From assembly GCA_039683575.1 (NCBI GenBank), contig JBDKRC010000234.1:1-60938 (forward strand): a stretch of 60,938 bases of DNA. Reading direction: 5' to 3'. Below the pieces are notes generated by a model. The model was not told the origin of the DNA and did not search any database. It saw only the letters and a list, made by a program, of their open reading frames with translations. The stretch is from Armatimonadia bacterium (GTDB lineage: Bacteria > Armatimonadota > Zipacnadia > Zipacnadales > UBA11051). Both the position numbers and the translations under genes were made by a program. Below, in pieces: positions 1 to 10,274 of the stretch. Position 1 is the first letter of the stretch, and every line of letters begins with the position of its first letter.

Positions 1-291
1 GTAGTAATACTGCGCCACCTGCGTCTCGACCCTCGGAAGACCCGGAGGGGAGAAGGGCGCGGCAGTCAGTTCATCCTGACGCTCGGAGCGGAACTGCGCC
101 ACGAATTCCTCGACCATCCGTCGAGGAAAGCGCGCCCGCTGCTCTGCCATCTCCACCTGTGCCCCCGCCGCGCGAAGGGCCTTCAGAAGGGTATCGTTCT
201 GGCAGAGAATGCCAACCTGCTCCAGAACCGTCATCACCCCATCGGCCAGCGGCTCGATATGCTCATCACGGACGAGGTATTGCTGCAGCAT
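1..291 (-). CDS. Trimethylamine methyltransferase (MttB) family protein, N-terminal part (runs off window)
   Basis: Manually translated: MLQQYLVRDEHIEPLADGVMTVLEQVGILCQNDTLLKALRAAGAQVEMAEQRARFPRRMVEEF. The LE.VG...GA.V...RFP..VEE pattern is typical of MttB N-termini. GGAGG RBS upstream. Confidence 0.65.
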   Translation of the reverse strand, partial: MLQQYLVRDEHIEPLADGVMTVLEQVGILCQNDTLLKALRAAGAQVEMAEQRARFPRRMVEEFVAQFRSERQDELTAAPFSPPGLPRVETQVAQYYY

Positions 292-326
292 CGGCGTCCT
301 CCAGTGGTGACAAGGCCTCACCAGGC

Positions 327-1130
327 TCAGTGGGCGGCAATGAAGTCGCGAATCCACTCACACTCGGGCACTGCAAGGTCGATGGCGTTGGCGGAGAGGA
401 TGTTGTAGCCGTCGATGCGCCCCTCGCGCCAGAGCCGGTACATGGTCTCATATTGCAGCTCGATCTTGTCCAGCGGGTTGGGGCGCTGGGCGAGGTAGTC
501 GCGAATGTAGCTACCGACGCAAATCTCCTTGCCGGGGAAGACCTCGCGGCAGCGGTCTACGTGGCGCTCCAGGTTTGGGATATCGTCCACGCCCATCCAC
601 AGGCTGATGACGTCCACGAACGGCAGGAAGGGCTCCCAGTAACCTTCGTCAAGCTGGGTGACATAGACGACAATCCACAGCTTCAGGTTGGGATTGGCCG
701 AGTGCAGGGCGGCGCGTATCTGCTCGGGGACCTGCGTGCTGTAGCTGCCATACTCAAACATGCAGGTTGTGTCATCTATGAACCCGCCAGTGACGTTGGG
801 GAAGTCGACTGACAGGCGGCTCAGGAGATCAGCCTCTGCCACGGCGACTTCGGGGCGGCTGTCACGCTTGCTGTGCCAGGCGACGTGGTAGAAGTCCTCC
901 GACAGCCGGTGCTCTTCCCACACCCATTTGGAGATGTCGACTGCTACCTCGGCCTTGTCGGAGAGCTTGCGCAGGGCCAGTGCAGTGGTGGGATGAAAGA
1001 GGAAAATGGAGCGGTTCACGCCGAAGAAGTCGGCGGCCTCGCCAACGCCAAAGATCGAGGGCGGCACTCCGGGATCGGTTGCCTGCCCCTCCCAGGTCCA
1101 GCCAACATCTGCAAAGCGCGGTTCAGCCAT
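327..1130 (-). CDS. Hypothetical protein (possible TIM-barrel, GGFIDD motif)
   Basis: Protein-like ORF; start MAEPR follows a GAGGAG RBS; co-oriented with the MttB-like gene. Confidence 0.7.
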   Translation of the reverse strand: MAEPRFADVGWTWEGQATDPGVPPSIFGVGEAADFFGVNRSIFLFHPTTALALRKLSDKAEVAVDISKWVWEEHRLSEDFYHVAWHSKRDSRPEVAVAEADLLSRLSVDFPNVTGGFIDDTTCMFEYGSYSTQVPEQIRAALHSANPNLKLWIVVYVTQLDEGYWEPFLPFVDVISLWMGVDDIPNLERHVDRCREVFPGKEICVGSYIRDYLAQRPNPLDKIELQYETMYRLWREGRIDGYNILSANAIDLAVPECEWIRDFIAAH

Positions 1131-1174
1131 GCTTGAGCTCCTCGCATCGTGCTTATGAACTGTCCCTGCAGGCA

Positions 1175-1227
1175 TTCCACAGCCGAGAACGCAAACCTGC
1201 GGCAGGTTCCACGCGCTAAGTCGGGAA
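1175..1227. promoter_or_regulatory. Back-to-back sigma-H-like promoters (AGG-N18-GAA on each strand)
   Basis: Minus: GCAGG-N18-GAATG (1198-1175). Plus: GCAGG-N18-GAATA (1204-1227). Both lie between divergent genes. Confidence 0.55.
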
Positions 1228-1261
1228 TATGCATGAAAACATCCGAGAGGCCGGTTTGAAC

Positions 1262-2296
1262 ATGTTGCCAGTGAAGATGCTCACGCAGCCGCCAGACGAT
1301 TACGACCTTGCCAGCCACCCGCTACCGCCGCTGGAGATCGGTCCGACGCAACAGAACTGGGAGAGGCAGCGCCAGGCCCTGCGGCAGCTTTGGCTCGACT
1401 ACCTCGGCGAGGGCCCCGAATCCGTGCCGCTGGAGCCCCGTACTGTCTTCAGCGAGAACGTCGGCGCCATCACGCGGACGCTGGTCAGCTACCAGGTTGA
1501 ACAGGTCTGCCGTGTCTATGCCTATGTGCTCAAGCCGCAAGGCGAGGGCCCCTTCCCCGCTGTCCTTGTCTATCATCCCACCACTAACGACACCATACTG
1601 CAGCCAGCGGGCCTGGCGACGCAACCTGAGAAGCATTTCGGGCTGCGACTGGCAGAGCGCGGCTATGTCGCGCTGTGCCCACGGAACTACCTCTGGGAGT
1701 ACCGTGGCCGGCCGGGACCGCAGCCTGACTTCGGAGCCTTCACTCGCCTGGCCGAAGAGACGCTGCTGGGGAGGTATCCGCGTTGGACCGGCATGGGCAA
1801 GATGGTGTGGGATGGTCTGCGGGCCGTTGACTACCTGCTGACGATGCCAGAGGTTGACGCCTCGCGGCTCGGCTGTGTAGGGCACTCGCTGGGGGCCAAG
1901 GAAGTGATCTACAGCATGGCTCTGGACGAGAGGCTGGCGGCGGGCGTGTCGAGCGAGGGCGGTATCGGCCTCCCGTTCACCAACTGGACGGCGCCGTGGT
2001 ACCTGGGCAAGGGCATTGAGCAGCGGCCGGACCTGGAGCACCACCAGCTCCTGGCGCTGGCAGCGCCGCGGGCGTTGCTGGTGCTGGGCGGCGGGCTGCT
2101 GCCAGCGGCGGAGGATGCCCGGCCGGGGGCGGCGGACCCGGTGCAGGACTGGTCATACCTGGAATCGGCGCGCCCGGCGTATCGACTATTTGGCAAGCCC
2201 GAGAACCTCGGGCTGCTGCTCCACAATCACGGCCATGCCGTACCGCCCGAAGCGGAGAAGACACTGTATGACTGGTTTGACCATTACCTGACGTAG
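1262..2296 (+). CDS. Alpha/beta hydrolase (dienelactone hydrolase / acetylxylan esterase-like)
   Basis: GHSLG nucleophile elbow, RAVDYL, LALAAPR and a C-terminal HGH. The ORF is open from 1229; 1262 chosen because it lies downstream of the promoter motif. Confidence 0.85.
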   Translation: MLPVKMLTQPPDDYDLASHPLPPLEIGPTQQNWERQRQALRQLWLDYLGEGPESVPLEPRTVFSENVGAITRTLVSYQVEQVCRVYAYVLKPQGEGPFPAVLVYHPTTNDTILQPAGLATQPEKHFGLRLAERGYVALCPRNYLWEYRGRPGPQPDFGAFTRLAEETLLGRYPRWTGMGKMVWDGLRAVDYLLTMPEVDASRLGCVGHSLGAKEVIYSMALDERLAAGVSSEGGIGLPFTNWTAPWYLGKGIEQRPDLEHHQLLALAAPRALLVLGGGLLPAAEDARPGAADPVQDWSYLESARPAYRLFGKPENLGLLLHNHGHAVPPEAEKTLYDWFDHYLT

Positions 2297-2326
2297 AGCC
2301 TTGAGTAGTCTCGGAACGGAGCTGAA

Positions 2327-3235
2327 TTGCGTTACATTCTTTTGTGGCTAAGGGCTGTGCGAGCCCCGTTCTTCACCGGGAGCGTCGCCCCCATAATGGT
2401 TGGCACCGCCCTCGCGTACTATCATACCGGACGCGTGGACTGGCTGCTGGCAGTGCTGGCAACGGTAGCGCTGACGCTGCTTCACGCCTCGGCCAACCTG
2501 TCCAATGATTTCTTCGACCATCTCACCCGCACTGACGACCTCAATCGGAGCTTCGCCTCGCCCTTCACTGGCGGGAGCCGGGTAATCCAGGAGGGCTTGG
2601 TGCCGGCATGGCAGATGCTCGTGGCGGCGCTCCTGACGATGGGCGCAGGAGCACTGATTGGTTTCTACCTGGTTTGGGTGGCCGGTTGGCCGATCCTGTG
2701 GCTCGGCGTAATCGGCGGCGTGACCGGGTTCTTCTACACCGCGCCGCCGTTTCGCTTCGTCTATCGTGGAATTGGCGAACCCTTCATCTTCATCGACTTC
2801 GGCCTGCTGCCGGTGCTGGGGGCGTACTTCCTGCAGGCGCGGTCCTTCCCCGCTGCGGCGTTTCTCGCCGGCGTGCCGATGGGGCTGCTGATCATGGGAG
2901 TGCTGTGGATCAACCAGTTTCAGGACTCCGAGGCAGATGCCGTGGCAGGCAAACGGCACTGGGTGGTGCGGCTGGGACGGCAGCGGGCGGCAAAGGTTCA
3001 TGTCGCGGTATTGGCGCTTACCTATGTCAGCGTGTTTGTAGGCATAGCGCTTGGGATGTTCCCGCCGCATACGCTGGTGGTGCTTCTGAGCCTGCCCTTG
3101 GCCGTACAGGCTGGCAAGGTGGTGCTGGCAAGTTACGACGACTTGCCCAATCTGACCCCGGCCAACGCGGCCACCATCGGGACACATTTTGTTGTGAGTT
3201 TACTTCTGAGTCTGGGATTCGTCCTGGCGAGATAG
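2327..3235 (+). CDS. menA: 1,4-dihydroxy-2-naphthoate polyprenyltransferase (UbiA family)
   Basis: NLSNDFFD and NQFQDSEAD..GKR aspartate-rich motifs, GGSRVI, FYTAPPF...GIGE; multi-TM; TTG start. Confidence 0.85.
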   Translation: MRYILLWLRAVRAPFFTGSVAPIMVGTALAYYHTGRVDWLLAVLATVALTLLHASANLSNDFFDHLTRTDDLNRSFASPFTGGSRVIQEGLVPAWQMLVAALLTMGAGALIGFYLVWVAGWPILWLGVIGGVTGFFYTAPPFRFVYRGIGEPFIFIDFGLLPVLGAYFLQARSFPAAAFLAGVPMGLLIMGVLWINQFQDSEADAVAGKRHWVVRLGRQRAAKVHVAVLALTYVSVFVGIALGMFPPHTLVVLLSLPLAVQAGKVVLASYDDLPNLTPANAATIGTHFVVSLLLSLGFVLAR

Positions 3236-3257
3236 CCGGGCGGGAAGAGGCGACACG

Positions 3258-5336
3258 ATGAGTGCTGACGAGGCTTTGCAGCCGGTGATACAGGCAGTTC
3301 TCCCGGATCTAGTGGTTTCGGAAACGGCCAGCCACATCATCCTTGAGTTGCCCCACGAGCGGTTGTGCCTGCGAAAGGTGACGCTCGCGGACGATTGGCC
3401 GACATGGGCGGCCCCGGCCGAACCGGCCTTCTATGATCGACTCCAGACCGATCCAAAGGACCTGCTGGCCGAACTGGTGCTCCAGGCTGGCGAACCGAGC
3501 TTCGAGAGCGTCGCGGCAGCGCTTCCGCCGGTGCGCGACGTCACGCTACTGGGCGTAGAGACCGAGATACAACGCTTCGAGGTGACAGCCGAGGGACAGG
3601 CGGCGGTACTGGGCGACGGGCCGCTGCCCGAAGGCTGGCGTCTGCTGCGCGTTGGCCTTCTGGACGGCTACCTGCCGGTGTTGTGCCACCTGTACGACAC
3701 TCCGGAGGGGACGGTCGAACGCTTGACGTTCGCGAGCACGAGTAAAGACGGCCCGCTGCTGCGCCGCAGAGTTCGCGTCATCGGCGATGAACTGACCGCG
3801 GCGGCCCGATATGAGTGCGCGGCGGCGACTTCCGCGGAGGTGCCGGAGTTCTGGGACAGCCTTCTGGAGCTCGTGCAGCGCTGGCGGACCTTCTTCGATG
3901 CAGGCGTGGAACTTGAACTCCCCGAGCCTGATCTGCTTGCGGCAGCGCGAGGGATGCTGGCGCAAGGCGTCCTGAGCTTCCGCGGACTGCTGCCACGGTA
4001 CGGCATGGGCTGGTATGATCTTGAGCAGCACAACAGCTTTCCGCCCGCCCTGCTGTTCCTGGTGCAGGCGCTGCTGGCGTGGGGCCAGATAGACCGCGCC
4101 GGGGACATTCTCAGCCACTACCTCTCGCGCTATGTAAAGCCAGACGGGACAATCGACTACTATGGACCGGCCGTCGCTGAATACGGCCAACTGCTGACGC
4201 TGGTGGCCGAGTACGTTGCCCTGAGCGGCGATAGCGAATGGCTCGCGCGGCGCGTGACGCTGCTGCGCCCGCTGTGGGAGCGCCTGGTGGACCTGCGCGA
4301 GGAGTCGCTGACGGAATATCCGCAGGATGACCCGCGGCGCGGGCTAATACCGGGCCTGCCTGAGGCGGACTACCATGGGCAGGAAGAGGAGTGGAAGCGC
4401 TTCTACTACTCCGGAGACGTGTGGGCGGCCAGGGGGCTGGAGGAGATCGGCAAGGCGCTGTTGCGAGTTCCGGTGCAGGGGCTGATCGAAGAGGGGCGGG
4501 AGCTCGTGGCCGAGGCGAAACGGTATCGCCAGGCCATCGTGGCCTCGGTGCGGCAGGGAATCGGCGAAACGGGATATGTGCCAGTCGGGCCTGACCAGCT
4601 TGAGCCCATTGAGTACCTCATCGCCGACCGCCCTGCCTCGTACTGCAACTACCGCTACTTCCCCGAGATGGTATCGGCGGGAGTGCTGCCTCCGGAGCAG
4701 GTGCAGGGCATACTCGACTGGCGGCATACCCATGGGGGCGAACTGCTCGGAACGACGCGCTTCGACCATCGCCTCGATGACTGGCCGGCACTGCACCATG
4801 CGAGGGGCCTGCTGGAACAGGACGAAATAGACAATTACCTGCTACTCATGTACTCGCACTGGGCCCACCACTGCACCCAGGGCACCCTGGCCGCGTACGA
4901 GATGGTGACCCTGCGTCCCGACGAGACCGGGGCGCGGCGGCTGGCAGCCGGACAGGTGGTGCCCTGCGAGGTCATGGTGCCCACCATGCTCCGCTGGGGG
5001 CTGGTCTACGAGGAGAGGGATGCAGACGTCCTGTGGCTGTGCCGGGCGATGCCGCGACGGTGGCTTGAGCCCGGGCAGAAGGTGGTGGCGAAGGGGGTAC
5101 CAACCAGATTCGGCGAGGTCGGCTTCAACCTGAAGACTGGAGGGCAAGGGACGAAGATCGCCTTGCGGTTGCCGGGCGAGAGCGCTATCGCCGAAGTCCG
5201 GCTACGCCTGCGCGGCCCGCGCGACCGCCAACTGCGACAGGTCCTGTGTGACGGCCAGCCAGTGCCGTTCGAGGGGGACACCGTGCGGCTCGTCAACCCG
5301 CGCGGGAAGCTGAAGCTGCAGGTGGAGTGGGAGTAA
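3258..5336 (+). CDS. Putative six-hairpin (alpha/alpha)6 glycosidase-like protein
   Basis: 692 aa; helical repeats and a C-terminal P..W.....PTRFG.V beta-sandwich pattern typical of (alpha/alpha)6 glycoside hydrolases; family not assignable by eye. Confidence 0.55.
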   Translation: MSADEALQPVIQAVLPDLVVSETASHIILELPHERLCLRKVTLADDWPTWAAPAEPAFYDRLQTDPKDLLAELVLQAGEPSFESVAAALPPVRDVTLLGVETEIQRFEVTAEGQAAVLGDGPLPEGWRLLRVGLLDGYLPVLCHLYDTPEGTVERLTFASTSKDGPLLRRRVRVIGDELTAAARYECAAATSAEVPEFWDSLLELVQRWRTFFDAGVELELPEPDLLAAARGMLAQGVLSFRGLLPRYGMGWYDLEQHNSFPPALLFLVQALLAWGQIDRAGDILSHYLSRYVKPDGTIDYYGPAVAEYGQLLTLVAEYVALSGDSEWLARRVTLLRPLWERLVDLREESLTEYPQDDPRRGLIPGLPEADYHGQEEEWKRFYYSGDVWAARGLEEIGKALLRVPVQGLIEEGRELVAEAKRYRQAIVASVRQGIGETGYVPVGPDQLEPIEYLIADRPASYCNYRYFPEMVSAGVLPPEQVQGILDWRHTHGGELLGTTRFDHRLDDWPALHHARGLLEQDEIDNYLLLMYSHWAHHCTQGTLAAYEMVTLRPDETGARRLAAGQVVPCEVMVPTMLRWGLVYEERDADVLWLCRAMPRRWLEPGQKVVAKGVPTRFGEVGFNLKTGGQGTKIALRLPGESAIAEVRLRLRGPRDRQLRQVLCDGQPVPFEGDTVRLVNPRGKLKLQVEWE

Positions 5337-5354
5337 AGGTTGGCGCCGTGACGC

Positions 5355-5379
5355 GTGGGTGGGTTCGTCTCGAACCCAC
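5355..5379 (+). repeat. REP family A copy
   Basis: GTGG-GTGGGTTCG-TCT-CGAACCCAC palindrome; same family at 45506, 53082 and 54702. Confidence 0.8.
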
Positions 5380-5384
5380 ACCAT

Positions 5385-6914
5385 CTACCGCAGGAAATAC
5401 CCCTGCCGGGTAGGTGTCGCGTCGGTCGTCATGACGATTCCCAGCTTGCGGAGCCCCGTCTCATCACCCGGCCCCGGCTCGTGCGTCAGGTGCATCTGCG
5501 CGCCGCGTAACTGGCTCAACACCTCGACACCGGCTTTCGCAGCGGGGTTGTTGGCAGCGCTGATGCCAAGGGCCACCAGCAATTCCTGGACATTCAAGCT
5601 GGGCGCGCTGGAGCCCAAAACGGTGCTTTTGAACTCCGTCAGGCTCTCGACCATCGTGGCCGGAAGCAGGTGTATCTGGTCCGGAATGCCCGCGAGATGC
5701 TTGACCGCATTAATGAGGGCCGCGGAGGCCGAGTGCAGCAGCGGGGAGTTCTTGCCAGTGATCATGGTGCCGTCGGCCAGGGCGATGGCTGCGCCGCAGC
5801 AGAGGCCTTCGCTGCCGCCACCACTGGTCTCCGCACTCTTTGCGGTGTCCCGCGCCGGCTGAACCACCGGGCGGTCGGTGGGCGAAAGCGACAGCCGCAG
5901 CATGAGCTGTTCTGCCCGCTCATGGACCTCAGGCGCCACCAGCCCCCGCCGCGCTTCCCAACGATGGCGGAAGAACCGGCGGATGATCTCCTGCCGCGAA
6001 GCCTCACACACGACCTCGTCGTCCACGATCCCCGCTCCAGCCCGGTTGACGCCCATGTCCGTCGGCGACTGATACATCAGCGTCGTAGGCCGAATCTTGT
6101 TGATACGGTCCAGAATGGCCTTGAGAATGGGGAAGCTCTCGATGTCCCGGTTGTAGTTGGCGACTGTCTTCCCGTACGCCCGCAGATGGAACGGGTCGAT
6201 CAGCACGCGGTCGTTGAGGTCAACGGTAGCCGCCTCGTAGGCGACATTGACCGCGTGGTCCAGCGGGAGATCCCATATCGGGAAGGTCTCGAACTTGGCA
6301 TAGCCCGAAGGCAGGCCGCAGCGGTGGTCGTGATACAACTGTGACAGACAGATCGCCATCTTGCCGCTGCCGGGGCCGGGGCCGGTAACCACCACGAGCG
6401 GCGCATTTGTCTCAACGCAGGCGTTGCGGCCATAGCCCTCATCGGAGACGATCAGGTCCACATCATTGGGGTAGCCCGGTATCGCCGACTGCTTGTACAC
6501 CTCAATGCCCTGCTGAGTTAGCTGCCGGATGAAGCGGTTGATGTTGGCGCCCTCCTGAAAGCGCGTCAGCACCACTGCCTTGACCGGGATCTTCCATTCG
6601 CGCAGATCGTCCAGCGCGCGGAAGGTGGCGACATCGTACGTCACCCGGTAGTCGCCACGGATGCGCCCTTCCTCGACGTCTGCGGTGTGCACGGCGAAAA
6701 TGACCTCAACCTGGTCCCGCAGCCCCTGCAGCAGGCGCATCTTGACGTTCGGATCATATCCGGGCAAGACGCGGGCGGCATGCTGGTCATCGGTGAGCTT
6801 CCCCCCGAACTCCAGGTATAGCTTGCCCTCGGCTCGCTGAACTCTGTCCAGGATCGCGGCCGTCTGCTCCCGCAGGTATTTGTCATTATCGAAGCCGATG
6901 GCGAGGTTGGTCAT
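5385..6914 (-). CDS. DUF1846 / UPF0371 family protein
   Basis: IGFDNDKY, KLYLEFGGKL.DD.HAARVLPG, GPGPGSGKMA.CLSQLYH, YAKFETFPIW, SPTDMGVN. Confidence 0.9.
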   Translation of the reverse strand: MTNLAIGFDNDKYLREQTAAILDRVQRAEGKLYLEFGGKLTDDQHAARVLPGYDPNVKMRLLQGLRDQVEVIFAVHTADVEEGRIRGDYRVTYDVATFRALDDLREWKIPVKAVVLTRFQEGANINRFIRQLTQQGIEVYKQSAIPGYPNDVDLIVSDEGYGRNACVETNAPLVVVTGPGPGSGKMAICLSQLYHDHRCGLPSGYAKFETFPIWDLPLDHAVNVAYEAATVDLNDRVLIDPFHLRAYGKTVANYNRDIESFPILKAILDRINKIRPTTLMYQSPTDMGVNRAGAGIVDDEVVCEASRQEIIRRFFRHRWEARRGLVAPEVHERAEQLMLRLSLSPTDRPVVQPARDTAKSAETSGGGSEGLCCGAAIALADGTMITGKNSPLLHSASAALINAVKHLAGIPDQIHLLPATMVESLTEFKSTVLGSSAPSLNVQELLVALGISAANNPAAKAGVEVLSQLRGAQMHLTHEPGPGDETGLRKLGIVMTTDATPTRQGYFLR

Positions 6915-7135
6915 GAGACGAAACTCCGGGTGGTGGAAGATATTGCGCCATCAGTGTTCGCCAGGCAGGAGCGAAGGACCTCCGGGAGGGGCTGCGGTTA
7001 CGTCTGGCACCAAACGTATAACCCCATGTCCATTGGTTGACGCGACGCTGGAGGCTTCTTGAACCCATCCTGAGTGTCATGCGCTATAGTATGGTAGCTT
7101 CCCGCGAAGACGCAACCAAGAAAGGGGGCGGGGGC

Positions 7136-7300
7136 ATGGCTCGAAAGCCATGGGTTAAGCCGCAGTTGCGGGAAGTGTGTCCCTTGCAGAGGCCGGATCT
7201 GCTGGAGGCACTGCAACACGATGCGACCGCTCCAGAGAAGCAGCCAGCGGCCGCCAACGAGAGTTTCCCTTCCCCTCAGGATCAGCCCGCTCAGGGCTGA
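7136..7300 (+). CDS. Small protein (54 aa) with a WxKPxL N-terminal motif
   Basis: MARKPWVKPQLREV...; purine-rich RBS-like tract and TATAGT (7085-7090) upstream; 3' end overlaps the convergent gene by 10 nt. Confidence 0.45.
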   Translation: MARKPWVKPQLREVCPLQRPDLLEALQHDATAPEKQPAAANESFPSPQDQPAQG

Positions 7301-10251
7301 AGCTCCAGTATCCTCGTCTCAGCCTTCTTCATCTCCAGCTTCACTGTCTGCCCTTGCACCCGGACCGGCTTGCCAGTCAGGGCATCTGTCACCTGGCACT
7401 TGCGCGGCAGGTCGATGGTTTTGCTCCCCTCACTGGCCGCGTGAATGGTCACCAGCCGGTTATCGGTGCAGAACGTGTCGTCACTGTCCACCCAGATATG
7501 GCACCCCGCCTGCCGTGCCACATTCCGCACCAGCGCCGGCGGCAGGCCAATCGCCGAGGAGTAGACAGCGGTCCAGGCGCCGTTGCGCTTCATGACGAGG
7601 CCGGCCTTGTCGGTGCCAGCAAGCTTGGCCAGCACCTGTGCCTGCGGATCGTCCGCATAGAAGCGCGGCGCCACGGTCGTCTCCGCCCCCACAGGCTGCG
7701 TAGCATCCATGCCTCGGGCAATCGCGCTCCCAGCCTCCAGCGCCAGCTGCGCCTTGCCCTCCGTCTGCTCGGACCCGAACCGGATCCCCGTCAGCCCCTG
7801 CATGTTACGCAGCGAACCTTCGTCGCCCTGGAAGTACCCCGGCGCATAGAAGAAGAGCGCGGTCGCTTTGCTGCGCTGCAGCTTACTGCTGACGACTTGG
7901 CGCATCTGTTCGCTGACCTGCACGGGATTGAGGAACACGTAGAGCCTGTAGTCTGGCATCCACGGCTGGCCCAGATCGTTCAGCAGGCAGTAGTCGAAAG
8001 GCACCCCGGCCTGCGGCATGGCGACCAGTTGGTTGCGGACCATCGCGCCCACAGCCTCCGTCGCCCGCAGGTAGATGAAGCTGTCGGGATCGACCACAAG
8101 GCACACTTCGGGGCGGAAGGGCTTCCGCTCAGGCAGGCTCTCTGTAGCGAGACGAACCGCCTTCCCCAGGTTCGATAGCAACTCCGGGCCTGAGTACCAC
8201 CCTCCGGCCATGTCGAAGTAGCTCACCGCCGCGCGCTTGGACTGCACATAGCCGAACTCGCGCCAGAAGACCCCGACCGTGTCTGGGAGGTTGTCACTGC
8301 GGCCAAACCCGGCGGAAGGATCGCTCAGGTAGGTACGATTGTCGGCCTCATCGAGCCACAGCTTGCCGCGCATCCGGAAGGAGTCGGTGGCGGACATGAA
8401 GGTGCTCGTTTCACCAGCGCGGCGGTAGGCATAGTTAGGCGGGCTCATGAGGAAATCAATGTCAGGAGAGTCAAACACCCGCTGAGCCTGAAGATGGCCT
8501 GAATCGATCTGGTTGGCGCCATGGGCCGACAGATAGCCATAGTAGGTGCCCACAAGCAGCTTTCCCTGGGTCGCTTCGCGGGTTACGTGCGCGAAGTACA
8601 GCAGGGCGTCCGCAGTCATGTTCTGGATGAAGTCATAGTAGTCCATCGCCTGCCGCTCGGTCCGGGGATCACGCAACACCTGCGACCCGCCGGGGCGGCG
8701 CTTGGCCCAATCCGGCGCGGCAGCCGTCTGCAGCGTCACCTGCGGGTCCGCCCACGCCGCGCGCAGCTTCTCGTCGTTGCCGTAACGCTGCTTCAGGAAG
8801 GCGCGAAACGCTCGCAGCGCCGGCTCGCTGTAGTCGTCACGGTGCTGCTGCCACGTGCCCCACATCTGCCATTCGGCCGTATAGCCGCCGTAGAAGACGA
8901 TGCCGATGATGCGGTCCGCGTACGGGGATTTCTGCAGGTACGCAACCAGCTTGCGGAGGTCCTCGCCGCTCTCCTTCTTCCATAGCTCCGAGGCGAAGGA
9001 ACTCGGGCCCTTGCGGCCATCCGCATAGACTGTCCGCTCCTCGGGGTGAAGCTCCTGCCACCAGATCGGCGCAACCACGCCAATGTGCGGCAGGAAGAGC
9101 GCGTCTGGATCAGCCTCCAGAACCGTGGCAAAGTACCTGTCAAACTCAGCATAGTTGTACACGTCTGGCTTGACGTGCCCCAGGTCGGATCCGATCGAGG
9201 TTCCGAACCAGTCGCTGAACAGGTGCACGCCGGCCTGCCCGAACTCCTGATGGAGCTTGCTGGTATCTCCTCCGTGGATCGAGGTCATGAGCCCTGGGAA
9301 GGGCTTGCCATTCAGCATAATCGCCGCATCGCCGCCCATTTTCTGGAGCTTGACGGTGGGGAAGGCCACGCCGTCGGCCCGGGGGTTGGCGACCTCAACC
9401 TGCGCCGACGCCAGGACGCTGTCCGGCGCCGAATCGAGTTCATACGTGCCCACCTGCACCGTATACGTGCCGGGGTACCAATACGACGAAAGTGGAATCT
9501 CGCCGGCAACCGCGAGGAACGTGTTCTTCGGATCGAACTGGGTTGCGATCTCCCCGCTGAACATGACCTGCTCGCCACGGAGCAGGCGGATGTACGAGGT
9601 GAGCTGCTTCAACCCGGTCGGGCCCTCCACGTTGAACTCCGCCCGCACGGACAGCTTCTCCCCCGCCTTGGCCTGAGGCTTGACCTCGAGCTTGATGAAC
9701 TTCTCGGTCCCTCGCGGCTCTTCCGTTACACCCTCCTGCGCGCCCTCCGGCCTGGGCATCAGCTTCACCCAATCCACCATCACCCAGCGATTGGCCTCAT
9801 TCCCCGGATCGAGGCGCAGTGAGATGACACGCTTGCCCGGCCCGCCCCACTGCCGGGAAACATCCCCCGTCTGGGTCTCGCGCCACTGGTTCTGCGTCAG
9901 GTCTATCCGGTAGATCGCCCAGCCCCGCGCGATAGGGAACTTGCCGCCGAGGCACCAGCGCCCGTCAGGACTCTTGTAGTAGATGTCCAGCACATCAGCC
10001 GGCGCGGAGGAGTACAACCGCACCTCAAGCCACGTCAACTCGTTGGCGTCGATGCCTTCGCGCGGCAGTTGCACATAGAAATGCGGGTCCCATACGGTCT
10101 CGCCCGAGAGCTTGCCGTCGGAGACGCGTCCCGGCTGGAGATTCACGTTACTGCTCACCTCAGCCTGCGCATCGAAGTTCCACTCCAGCGGCGCGGCGAG
10201 GGCCGTCGTGGCAGTAATCAGCGTGGCCAGTAGCCAGAGGTGGTGTCTCAT
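7291..10251 (-). CDS. Secreted multidomain glycoside hydrolase (beta-galactosidase/GH42-like) with N-terminal carbohydrate-binding-like modules
   Basis: Signal peptide MRHHLWLLATL..ALA; DYSEPALRAFRAFLKQRYG...LRAAW motif; trimerisation-like C-terminal region; AGGAG RBS. Confidence 0.7.
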   Translation of the reverse strand: MRHHLWLLATLITATTALAAPLEWNFDAQAEVSSNVNLQPGRVSDGKLSGETVWDPHFYVQLPREGIDANELTWLEVRLYSSAPADVLDIYYKSPDGRWCLGGKFPIARGWAIYRIDLTQNQWRETQTGDVSRQWGGPGKRVISLRLDPGNEANRWVMVDWVKLMPRPEGAQEGVTEEPRGTEKFIKLEVKPQAKAGEKLSVRAEFNVEGPTGLKQLTSYIRLLRGEQVMFSGEIATQFDPKNTFLAVAGEIPLSSYWYPGTYTVQVGTYELDSAPDSVLASAQVEVANPRADGVAFPTVKLQKMGGDAAIMLNGKPFPGLMTSIHGGDTSKLHQEFGQAGVHLFSDWFGTSIGSDLGHVKPDVYNYAEFDRYFATVLEADPDALFLPHIGVVAPIWWQELHPEERTVYADGRKGPSSFASELWKKESGEDLRKLVAYLQKSPYADRIIGIVFYGGYTAEWQMWGTWQQHRDDYSEPALRAFRAFLKQRYGNDEKLRAAWADPQVTLQTAAAPDWAKRRPGGSQVLRDPRTERQAMDYYDFIQNMTADALLYFAHVTREATQGKLLVGTYYGYLSAHGANQIDSGHLQAQRVFDSPDIDFLMSPPNYAYRRAGETSTFMSATDSFRMRGKLWLDEADNRTYLSDPSAGFGRSDNLPDTVGVFWREFGYVQSKRAAVSYFDMAGGWYSGPELLSNLGKAVRLATESLPERKPFRPEVCLVVDPDSFIYLRATEAVGAMVRNQLVAMPQAGVPFDYCLLNDLGQPWMPDYRLYVFLNPVQVSEQMRQVVSSKLQRSKATALFFYAPGYFQGDEGSLRNMQGLTGIRFGSEQTEGKAQLALEAGSAIARGMDATQPVGAETTVAPRFYADDPQAQVLAKLAGTDKAGLVMKRNGAWTAVYSSAIGLPPALVRNVARQAGCHIWVDSDDTFCTDNRLVTIHAASEGSKTIDLPRKCQVTDALTGKPVRVQGQTVKLEMKKAETRILELQP

Positions 10252-10274
10252 AGCAGTCTCCTGTAACTGCAAGC

